This document shows, piece after piece, positions 29,011-36,535 of a stretch of 57,017 nucleotides of DNA. Made by a program: the position numbers and the translations under genes. The stretch is from IMG/VR virus record IMGVR_UViG_3300044724_004801, positions 1 to 57,017 of that record; one strand, 5' to 3'. Below the pieces are notes generated by a model. It worked only from the letters and a program-made list of their open reading frames with translations. It was not told where the DNA came from and made no database searches. Position 1 is the first letter of the stretch. Each line of letters begins with the position of its first letter. Source of the stretch: a virus (lineage: Duplodnaviria > Caudoviricetes).

Positions 29011-29147
29011 TTGGCACCTCCTTGTGGTTGAGAGTGTTGGTTTCGATTTGCAATTACTTGCTTTATATCCTGATAATTAACTTCAGGTATGTACAAGTAA
29101 TCACTCGCATTCTGACGAATTGACTCGTCAATGTGTTTTTCTTCCAT
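29007..29147 (-). CDS. 46-aa early protein
   Basis: Start revised to ATG 29147 after the GGAGG SD (MEEKHIDES...). Confidence 0.6.
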   Translation of the reverse strand: MEEKHIDESIRQNASDYLYIPEVNYQDIKQVIANRNQHSQPQGGAK

Positions 29148-29176
29148 ATATACCTCCAATATGGTTATAAATACAC

Positions 29177-29216
29177 AAACTATAAACACCCGTTGCAGAC
29201 GCGGAGCGGCGCAACG
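29177..29216 (-). promoter_or_regulatory. Box+hairpin element 1
   Basis: + strand aaactataaaca-cc-cgttgc(a)gacgc-GGA-gcggc-gcaacg. Confidence 0.65.
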
Positions 29217-29246
29217 CACGCACACGCACATATGGTGTTCCCCCAT

Positions 29247-29268
29247 AAAAAAGGGGGCCGAAGCCCCC
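29247..29268 (-). terminator. Rho-independent terminator (cUUCGg loop)
   Basis: gggggc-ttcg-gccccc-tttttt. Confidence 0.85.
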
Positions 29269-29274
29269 AATTGG

Positions 29275-29631
29275 TTACGCTACATCTACTGCAGGTAGAT
29301 CTAACTCAGACTGTGTTGTCTGAGCTTGGATCTTTCTTTCAGCTGGGTAGAAAGTGAATTCTTCCTGACCAAGCTGTTTGATTACCACAGCGCCATTTGG
29401 CTTGAGGTAAGCATACTCAAACAGCTGATCCATGGGCAAAGTCACATTCTGACCTTGCTCATCAGCTTTAGGATTTCTCCTAGTAGCGTTAAGAATAAGG
29501 TTATCCTTTTGAGTGATAACCAATGAATTGCCCTCACGTGGGCTAACGTTTGCGGTAAATGACATAATGTCCTCCTTGGCTTTCGCCTGTTTATTACCAA
29601 TTATTAAACTTAAAAACTCTCTTCTATTCAT
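29275..29631 (-). CDS. Hypothetical early protein with two in-frame SD-led starts (29631, 29565)
   Basis: GGAG before MNRREFL; AAGGAGG before MSFTANV. Confidence 0.7.
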   Translation of the reverse strand: MNRREFLSLIIGNKQAKAKEDIMSFTANVSPREGNSLVITQKDNLILNATRRNPKADEQGQNVTLPMDQLFEYAYLKPNGAVVIKQLGQEEFTFYPAERKIQAQTTQSELDLPAVDVA

Positions 29632-29651
29632 AAGAACTCCAAAAATTTTAT

Positions 29652-29692
29652 AAACTATAAACATCCAACCAACCTCCGGTAGGAGGTGGTTG
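29652..29692 (-). promoter_or_regulatory. Box+hairpin element 2
   Basis: aaactataaaca-tc-caacc(a)acctcc-GGTA-ggaggtggttg. Confidence 0.65.
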
Positions 29693-29814
29693 AATCGGTC
29701 CCTGGGTTAACTTCGGTGCTGTTATGCTCGGAACACTTTTCTTGCTAGCAGAACGTGAACATAACTACCCGGATTCTTCTTACTTGGTAAGCATACTTTT
29801 CTCCAATTATTTAA

Positions 29815-29858
29815 AAACTATGAACATATAGCTAACTAGTGGTAACTAGTTAGCTATA
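29815..29858 (-). promoter_or_regulatory. Box+hairpin element 3
   Basis: aaactatgaaca-tatagctaactagt-GGTA-actagttagctata. Confidence 0.65.
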
Positions 29859-30007
29859 GATTTGGGGGGCTCAGGCTGGAGCCAAAGTTCTTCCCCGCAA
29901 GTGCAAGGGATAATACCAATGAGATCTATACCCATTGTTTCCCAAATCTCATCAATCTCAACTTGAGTTGTATTACAAGCTGGACACTCTTCTCTTTTGA
30001 TACTCAT
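29846..30007 (-). CDS. 53-aa Zn-ribbon-like protein
   Basis: CPAC...CTC; start revised to ATG 30007 after GGAGG. Confidence 0.65.
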   Translation of the reverse strand: MSIKREECPACNTTQVEIDEIWETMGIDLIGIIPCTCGEELWLQPEPPKSIAN

Positions 30008-30028
30008 AAGTACCTCCAATAAATTTGT

Positions 30029-30068
30029 AAATCGTGAACACCCAGCCAAGTAACGGAGTTACTGGCTG
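30029..30068 (-). promoter_or_regulatory. Box+hairpin element 4
   Basis: aaatcgtgaaca-cc-cagcc(a)agtaac-GGA-gttactggctg. Confidence 0.65.
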
Positions 30069-30448
30069 AGATATTCTTCCCTTAACTCCATAAGTAGTCT
30101 CGGGAACTCGGTAGACCAAATACCTTTATCTTGCGTATGCGTAAGGGTTTTACCCTTAGTAGCAAGAAGGGCGCCTTTAGCGACCGGGTTTTGGTCAAAA
30201 CTAGCTCTTAACAGCTTTTGCATAAGAGCTATATTCCAATTATCTAAGGTTTTAGCCTTACCACGGCCAATAAACTTAGAGCCTTCTTTCCACGGCCGAG
30301 TGTATGTAAAAGAGTCGAACGCACCAGCTTTCCAAGTTTGGTAAGCATGCTCGACGCTTTTATACACGAGGCCATTTTTATCGGAGAAAGGCCGCTCAGC
30401 TAAATTACTTAGCCAAGCATTCTCATTCGATCCATACCATATATTCAT
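30059..30448 (-). CDS. NADAR (YbiA/DUF1768-like) family protein
   Basis: LSN...YKSVEHAYQ..K...M..LLRA.F.QN....LLAT...D.GIW...LM.LRE. Confidence 0.8.
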   Translation of the reverse strand: MNIWYGSNENAWLSNLAERPFSDKNGLVYKSVEHAYQTWKAGAFDSFTYTRPWKEGSKFIGRGKAKTLDNWNIALMQKLLRASFDQNPVAKGALLATKGKTLTHTQDKGIWSTEFPRLLMELREEYLSQ

Positions 30449-30450
30449 AT

Positions 30451-30612
30451 CTACCCCTCTAATAATTCCTTAATAATAACTTTATCTTCTCTACACTCTT
30501 TACACACCAAACCTAACTCATACTCTCTACAACTACCATACATCTCACTCTCCACTACCAACTCTTCTACTTCTTTCACTTCACCACATGCATTACATTC
30601 ATTTATATTCAT
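30451..30612 (-). CDS. 53-aa Zn-finger-like protein encoded almost without cytosine (not in ORF track)
   Basis: MNINECNACGEVKEVEELVVESEMYGSCREYELGLVCKECREDKVIIKELLEG*; AAGGAG SD. Confidence 0.65.
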   Translation of the reverse strand: MNINECNACGEVKEVEELVVESEMYGSCREYELGLVCKECREDKVIIKELLEG

Positions 30613-30633
30613 AATTAACTCCTTAAATTACAT

Positions 30634-30672
30634 AAATCGTGAACATACGCCACCGGAGGAACGGAGGTGGCG
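30634..30672 (-). promoter_or_regulatory. Box+hairpin element 5
   Basis: aaatcgtgaaca-ta-cgccacc-GGAGGAACGGA-ggtggcg. Confidence 0.65.
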
Positions 30673-30750
30673 AAGAAAAACTACGAATAATGGTACATGG
30701 TCCACGGTCGGTGTTTAATAATTCGTAGAAATTAGGTGTGTTTTCTACGA

Positions 30751-31039
30751 TGTTCCACATGTTCCACAATGTTCCACGTAAAATAGGGGGTAGTGGAACA
30801 CGTTTAAGCCGCTCTGGGCTTGCGTTTCAGAGAAATGTTCCAAATGTTCCATTAAAATTAGGGTAATTCAAATATAAAACACTTTTTGATTTTAGATGTT
30901 CCCTTATAACAAAATGCATTTTTGGTGGAACACTGGAACATTGGACAGCAAATTCTGCCCAAACCCGCAGTTTTATTGAATAAACTGTGTTCCATGAAAA
31001 TGTTCCATAAGGTGATTTTGACGTGGAACACGTGGAACA
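30751..31039. repeat. Heptamer iteron field (TGTTCCA x7, TGGAACA x5), putative replication origin
   Basis: Exact copies at 30751, 30760, 30770, 30836, 30845, 30988, 31001 and inverted copies at 30794, 30926, 30934, 31024, 31033. Confidence 0.75.
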
Positions 31040-31136
31040 TTTTTCCATGGAGCACACGCACGCGTGCACGCACCCTTAACCACCGCACATCACTACGTGA
31101 TGATAGTAGTGCACACGATGATAGTAGTTAAAGGGT

Positions 31137-31152
31137 GGGGGCCGAAGCCCCC
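31137..31152 (-). terminator. Terminator-like hairpin identical to 29253-29268
   Basis: gggggc-ttcg-gccccc followed by acccttt. Confidence 0.55.
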
Positions 31153-31175
31153 TGGGAGAATCCCTTTGATATCTA

Positions 31176-31277
31176 TTAACGTTTGTTAATCTCCGTACAG
31201 AATAAATAAGTCATGGCGATTATCAGTGGTATAGATAGAATGTTAGCGATGATTTGAACAATATATAGTAGATCCAT
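31176..31277 (-). CDS. 33-aa single-TM peptide (not in ORF track)
   Basis: MDLLYIVQIIANILSIPLIIAMTYLFCTEINKR*; GGAGG SD. Confidence 0.6.
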   Translation of the reverse strand: MDLLYIVQIIANILSIPLIIAMTYLFCTEINKR

Positions 31278-31279
31278 AA

Positions 31280-31543
31280 TTACCTCCAACACTTGTATGT
31301 CTGACACTGGCCGTCGATGTATGGTCCTTCACATATGTTGCAGGACAATACGTCGCCGGTTGTGTCCGGCTTTGCCTTGGGCATAACGATGCTAGTGTAT
31401 CGTGCGTCCTTAGCTTTCCATCCTTTCTTGAACTCACGCGATGCGCGGGCAATAGTAGGAATAGATTTAACTGCTACTTTAGTGGATAGATCTACGACAG
31501 ATCTTGTAGCTGAACCAGTTAGTTGTATAAGTTTATTTAACAT
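31280..31543 (-). CDS. Hypothetical protein, first gene of the leftward arm; C-terminal CxxC..CxxxxC
   Basis: GGGAG SD; ORF. Confidence 0.65.
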   Translation of the reverse strand: MLNKLIQLTGSATRSVVDLSTKVAVKSIPTIARASREFKKGWKAKDARYTSIVMPKAKPDTTGDVLSCNICEGPYIDGQCQTYKCWR

Positions 31544-31581
31544 TGTTTATTACTCCCGACCAATCAAGGTCATATATACAC

Positions 31582-31623
31582 AAACAAAGAACACACCGAC
31601 GAGCGACGTTTAGGAGCCGGCGG
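31582..31623 (-). promoter_or_regulatory. Box+hairpin element 6 (degenerate)
   Basis: aaacaaagaaca-ca-ccgacg(a)gc-GACGTTTAGGA-gccggcgg. Confidence 0.45.
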
Positions 31624-31783
31624 AAATTGAAACAAGGTTCCAGAAGATGAAAACAAGGTTCCAAAATAAAAAACGGAATCGGGGGAAGGGGTCACCGCGC
31701 GAAGCGGGGGGGAGAATATGGATACGTGATGTGTTATAGTATTTTCGAAAAAAAATTTCTGAAAAAAATTTTCAGGAAAAATT

Positions 31784-32260
31784 ATGGCAAAAAAAGTTTG
31801 CGATCGCTGTAAGAAGGAACTTGACCTTTCCAAATTTAGCACAGAGAAATTACGCTCTGGGAACCCGTACCCTCGAAATGTTTGCAAAGCCTGTGTCGTG
31901 GAACATCGACAACGAAGGTGTAGCAGCGACCCCAAAACTTTTTTATTGCACATTTACAATAGTTTGAAAAACAAACGTAAAGATACTTGTGATTGGGAGT
32001 TAGTGCCCGAGGATTTGTACGACGCGTGGGATGAACAACTCGGCCGTTGTGCGTTGTCCGGGAACTTTATGACATGGCAAAAGGGCGAAGGACAAACGGA
32101 ACTCAATGCGAGTGTCGATAGAATATCACCCTCTGGCAGTTATACACGGACCAATATTCAGCTTGTTTGTTATCGAGTTAATATAATGAAACACGTACTT
32201 ACCGACCATGAGCTATACTGGTGGTGTAAGAATATAGTGACAACTAAAGAAGATTTTTAA
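31784..32260 (+). CDS. Zn-binding HNH-like endonuclease
   Basis: CxxC..CKAC; GRCALSG; SVDRI...YTRTNIQLVC..VN.MK. Confidence 0.75.
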   Translation: MAKKVCDRCKKELDLSKFSTEKLRSGNPYPRNVCKACVVEHRQRRCSSDPKTFLLHIYNSLKNKRKDTCDWELVPEDLYDAWDEQLGRCALSGNFMTWQKGEGQTELNASVDRISPSGSYTRTNIQLVCYRVNIMKHVLTDHELYWWCKNIVTTKEDF

Positions 32261-32274
32261 TATAATTTAACAGC

Positions 32275-32796
32275 ATGCGTTTATTAGACGAAGACAGACC
32301 TACAGATATGACTGAATTGGATAGATCCGAGCTTCAGTCTCATTTACCTTATGCCGGGTTACACGCAAACGAACTTTCTGTTCAGGAAGAGCGTTTAGTA
32401 TTGTTCCATCTTCGCGGTATGAGTAAAGCGGCCGCCGGTCGAGCAGCGGGGTACAAGGATGTCGATCGTGTATACGATATCTTTAAGAAAGACAAAATAC
32501 AAAAAGCCCTGGCCTACTTTCGTAATGAAATGCGCGAAGAAGTTAAGTTTGATAAAACTACAGCAACAAGCATGTACCTCGAAGCTCATAGAAAATCTGC
32601 GAATGCGACGGAAGAAAAGAATGTCGTCGATTCGTTATGCAAGCTCCACGGTCTATTCATGCCAGAGAATGCTACGCAGATAAACATTAATGTTGAAAAG
32701 GTAGAGCAGTTGGAAAGACTATCCGACGCGGAACTACTTAAACTTGCGGGGGCAGATATGAATTACTTAGAGCCGAATGGAAACACCGAAGACTGA
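32275..32796 (+). CDS. terS: Terminase small subunit
   Basis: HTH-like AAAGRAAGY, KLHGL, LSDAEL; directly upstream of TerL. Confidence 0.75.
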   Translation: MRLLDEDRPTDMTELDRSELQSHLPYAGLHANELSVQEERLVLFHLRGMSKAAAGRAAGYKDVDRVYDIFKKDKIQKALAYFRNEMREEVKFDKTTATSMYLEAHRKSANATEEKNVVDSLCKLHGLFMPENATQININVEKVEQLERLSDAELLKLAGADMNYLEPNGNTED

Positions 32797-34426
32797 ATGT
32801 CGTAGATGTAAGGGGCTCTATCACGAGAACCTTATTTTGGTCGATGATATATGTGTCTATTGTAGGGCGGACGAGGCGGAAAAGGTTCCCGAGCCCCCGT
32901 CGATGTCTGAACAGGATCAAAAGAAACAAGAAGACTTAACCGCACAAATAAAAGCGGAACAAGAACTAGCCAAAAGAATCTTATCACGTAAACATTTACT
33001 CCCGTTTGTAGAACGTTTCAATCCAGATTATTTGCCCGGTTGGGTACACAAAGACATCTGCCAAAGGCTAGAAAAATTTAGTGAACAAGTAGCAAATCAA
33101 GAGTCACCAAGACTGATGCTCTTTATGCCTCCTCGACATGGTAAATCTACTTTGGCCAGTGTGGCTTTCCCTGCCTGGCACTTAGGTCGACACCCTGATC
33201 ACGAGTTCATAAGTTGTTCGTACTCAGGTTCTCTTGCGATGAATTTCTCAAGAAAAGTGCGTCAATTATTAAGAGAACCAGTATATAAAAATGTGTTTGA
33301 AAAATCTAGGCTCGATAAAGATTCTCAGTCAGTAGAATCGTGGCAAACGACTCAAGGTGGTGGTTACGTAGCTGCCGGTGTTGGGGGAGGTATTACAGGT
33401 AAAGGTGCAAACATTTTGGTTATCGATGATCCTGTAAAAAACCGCGAAGATGCAGAGTCGGAAAACAACCGCGAAGCGACCTGGGATTGGTATACATCAA
33501 CCGCGTATACTCGTCTATCTCCGGGTGGGGGGATCTTGGTTATTCTTACGAGATGGCACGATGATGACTTGGCGGGTAAGTTGTTAAGACATGCAGAAGA
33601 GGGTGCGGACCAATGGGAAGTAATTAAGTACCCAGCAATCGCAGAAGAAGACGAAAAATATAGAAAAGTTGGTGAAAGTTTACATCCGGAAAGATATAAT
33701 GTAGATGCTCTCGAGCAGATAAGGAAAGCCATTGGTCCCCGAGATTGGTCTGCTCTGTATCAACAGAACCCCGTATCCGATGAAGGCGATTATTTCAGTC
33801 GAGAGATGATTAGATATTTTGACTACGATGAAATTGATACTTCACACCTTAACTTTTATTGCGCATGGGATCTTGCGATCGGACAGCGTGACCGGAACGA
33901 TTACTCAGTTGGTATTGTTGTCGGTGTCGATGAATACGATACTTTATATGTGGTTGACGTGGTTCGTGGAAAGTACGACGGTTTTGAGTTAGTTGAACAA
34001 ATTTTAGACTTGTATGAAACCTGGCGCCCGAGTATAGTAGGCATAGAGAGAGGTCATATTGAAATGGCCCTAGGTCCGTTCTTGCAGAAAAGAACTCGAG
34101 AGCGGGGATTGAATGAAGCTTACTTTAAAGACTTAAAAGTGGGCAAAAGGGATAAAGAAGCAAGAGCTCGTGCAATACAGGGTAGAATGCAACAAGGTAT
34201 GGTATACTTTCCAAAGGATGCTATTTGGACTGGACCTATGGTTGCAGAACTTTTGCGTTTTCCGAATGGTACCCATGACGACCAAGTCGATGCATTAGCG
34301 TGGATAGGCTTGATGATGACTGAATTTGCTACGTTCTATGAAAGACCGGAGCAAGTTTCATCATGGAGAGATAAATTAAAGTATTTGACCAAAGGTGTTA
34401 AACATAAATCTTCAATGAGTGCTTAA
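32777..34426 (+). CDS. terL: Terminase large subunit
   Basis: MPPRHGKS, VIDDP, TRWHDDDL, WDLA, HDDQVDA. Confidence 0.97.
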   Translation: METPKTECRRCKGLYHENLILVDDICVYCRADEAEKVPEPPSMSEQDQKKQEDLTAQIKAEQELAKRILSRKHLLPFVERFNPDYLPGWVHKDICQRLEKFSEQVANQESPRLMLFMPPRHGKSTLASVAFPAWHLGRHPDHEFISCSYSGSLAMNFSRKVRQLLREPVYKNVFEKSRLDKDSQSVESWQTTQGGGYVAAGVGGGITGKGANILVIDDPVKNREDAESENNREATWDWYTSTAYTRLSPGGGILVILTRWHDDDLAGKLLRHAEEGADQWEVIKYPAIAEEDEKYRKVGESLHPERYNVDALEQIRKAIGPRDWSALYQQNPVSDEGDYFSREMIRYFDYDEIDTSHLNFYCAWDLAIGQRDRNDYSVGIVVGVDEYDTLYVVDVVRGKYDGFELVEQILDLYETWRPSIVGIERGHIEMALGPFLQKRTRERGLNEAYFKDLKVGKRDKEARARAIQGRMQQGMVYFPKDAIWTGPMVAELLRFPNGTHDDQVDALAWIGLMMTEFATFYERPEQVSSWRDKLKYLTKGVKHKSSMSA

Positions 34427-36534
34427 TGGCAAAGTATAAAAAACCTAAAGAAAAATTAGACGCGGCAGAAGAAGCAAACCTTGCACGTAGACAATGGGAA
34501 GCTTATACAAGAGCGAGGGACCACGGTCACACAGATTATATTGAAATCGCAAAACAATGCGATGCCTTTTACCGGGGCGAGCAGTGGGACGAAGCTGATA
34601 TAGCCGCATTGGATGATCAGGGTCGTCCCGCGCTTACTATTAATACTATTTTACCAACCGTTAATACTGTACTTGGTGAACAAAGTACACGAAGAGCAGA
34701 TGTGGTATTTAAACCACGCGGATCTGGTATGCAAGAAACTGCAGATGTACTTACTAAACTGTACATGCAAATTTCCGATAACAACAAACTAGATTGGGTA
34801 GAGTCCCAAGTATTTGCAGATGGCCTTATTCAAGATCGAGGTTGGTTTGATGTCAGAATAGATTTTGATGATCATATCAACGGTGAAGTTAGAATTACAC
34901 AAAAAGACCCTTTAGATATTCTTATTGATCCTGATGCAAAAGAATATGATCCAAGAACTTGGAAAGAAATTTTTGAAACCAAGTGGATGAGCATAGATGA
35001 TATTGAAGAAATTTATGGGCAAAATAAAGCAGATAAATTACGAACTATTGCAGAAGTTGGGTCAACATTAGGATCTGATTCTATTGAATATGAAGAAGAA
35101 AGGTATGGGGATACTTATAGTGGAGAGTATGCAAGTGACTACCCACATAATCCAGAAGAAGCTAGAGCTTTAAGATCTATTAGAGTCGTTGAAAGACAAC
35201 ACTATAAACTAAAAGAATGTATGTTCTATGTTGATCCAGTTACAGGGGATAAAAGAGAAATACCTTACGAGTGGAGTCAAAAGAAAAGAGAAAAGTTTGC
35301 TGATGACTATGGTTTATACATTGTCACTAAGCAGGCAAAAAAAGTCCGTTGGACGGTGACCGCGGACACTGTAGTATTGTTCGACGATTGGTCGCCTTAT
35401 AATTCTTTTACGTTGGTTCCTTACTTCCCATATTGGAGAAGAGGTAAACCTTTTGGAATGGTTAGAAATTTAATCTCTCCACAAGAACAATTAAATAAAA
35501 TTTCATCACAAGAGTTACACATCGTTAACACTACAGCCAACAGTGGTTGGATTGTAGAATCGGGTTCGCTGACTGGGATGACAGCGGATGATCTAGAGGA
35601 ACACGGTGCGGAAACTGGGCTGGTACTCGAATATAATCGAGGTTCTACTCCTCCAGGGAAGATACCACCAAATCAGATTCCCACCGGTCTAGACAGAATC
35701 AGTCAAAAAGCAGCCGCTAATATTAAAACCATAAGTGGTATATCCGACGCCATGTTGGGTACAGATAGCCCTGAAGTTTCTGGTATTGCAATTCAAGCAA
35801 AACAGAATCGTGGCGTATTAATGATTCAAGTGCCGCTTGATAATTTAAAGAAAACAAGACATTACTTAGCAGAAAAAGTTCTAAATTTAATACAAAGCTA
35901 TTACACAGAAGAAAGGGTTATTCAGATTACAGACGAAGAAGACCCATATCAACCAAAGATACCTCTTCCTATAAATCAAATGACACCAGAAGGTAGAATC
36001 ATAAATGATTTAACTCTAGGGGAATACGAAGTAGTTGTAAATGATTCCCCTGCAAGAGATAACTTCGACGAAGTACAATTCGCAGAAGCTATAGAACTTA
36101 GAAAAGTTGGAGTGCCTATTCCAAATGATTTAATTGTAAGGTACTCACACTTAGCGAAGAAAGCAGAGATTGCAGATAGGATTAGGCAGATAGAAGGTAC
36201 AGCTCCTCCGACTGAGGAACAAATGCAATTACAACAATTCCAGGCTGAAGCTCAAATACGTAGTACTCAATTAGAAATTGCTAGATTGGAAGCTGAAGTT
36301 ACTAAACTACAATCTGAAACAGCTCTTAATGTGGCTAAAACACAAAGCGCTGAGGCTGATCCACAGATTAAAGTGGCTGAACTTCAGTCTAAACTTCAAA
36401 CAAAACGAGAAGAACTCGAGCTAAGAGAGCGCCTTTCTGCTATGACAAACGACATACGGAAAGGTCAAACTGAAACCCAAGCTGCTGCAAAACTTGCAAC
36501 GGCTGCCATGAAACCAACTCAAGGAGGAAGATAA
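34426..36534 (+). CDS. Portal protein (P22-like, with C-terminal barrel)
   Basis: GEQW, GRPALTIN, FGMVRNL.SPQ..LNK, SGIAI; long C-terminal coiled coil. Confidence 0.92.
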   Translation: MAKYKKPKEKLDAAEEANLARRQWEAYTRARDHGHTDYIEIAKQCDAFYRGEQWDEADIAALDDQGRPALTINTILPTVNTVLGEQSTRRADVVFKPRGSGMQETADVLTKLYMQISDNNKLDWVESQVFADGLIQDRGWFDVRIDFDDHINGEVRITQKDPLDILIDPDAKEYDPRTWKEIFETKWMSIDDIEEIYGQNKADKLRTIAEVGSTLGSDSIEYEEERYGDTYSGEYASDYPHNPEEARALRSIRVVERQHYKLKECMFYVDPVTGDKREIPYEWSQKKREKFADDYGLYIVTKQAKKVRWTVTADTVVLFDDWSPYNSFTLVPYFPYWRRGKPFGMVRNLISPQEQLNKISSQELHIVNTTANSGWIVESGSLTGMTADDLEEHGAETGLVLEYNRGSTPPGKIPPNQIPTGLDRISQKAAANIKTISGISDAMLGTDSPEVSGIAIQAKQNRGVLMIQVPLDNLKKTRHYLAEKVLNLIQSYYTEERVIQITDEEDPYQPKIPLPINQMTPEGRIINDLTLGEYEVVVNDSPARDNFDEVQFAEAIELRKVGVPIPNDLIVRYSHLAKKAEIADRIRQIEGTAPPTEEQMQLQQFQAEAQIRSTQLEIARLEAEVTKLQSETALNVAKTQSAEADPQIKVAELQSKLQTKREELELRERLSAMTNDIRKGQTETQAAAKLATAAMKPTQGGR

Positions 36535-36535
36535 A

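Noticed and set aside
30751-31039. CRISPR array, given the Cas4-like nuclease at 16722-17477
   Set aside because: Repeats are 7-9 nt, in both orientations, with irregular spacing; stand-alone Cas4-like nucleases are ordinary phage replication genes
30827-31131. Three short ORFs across the iteron field
   Set aside because: No SD; translations merely reflect the repeats
29177-31623. Classical integron attC array
   Set aside because: Hairpins are far shorter than attC, lack paired RYYYAAC/GTTRRRY ends, and no tyrosine recombinase is seen
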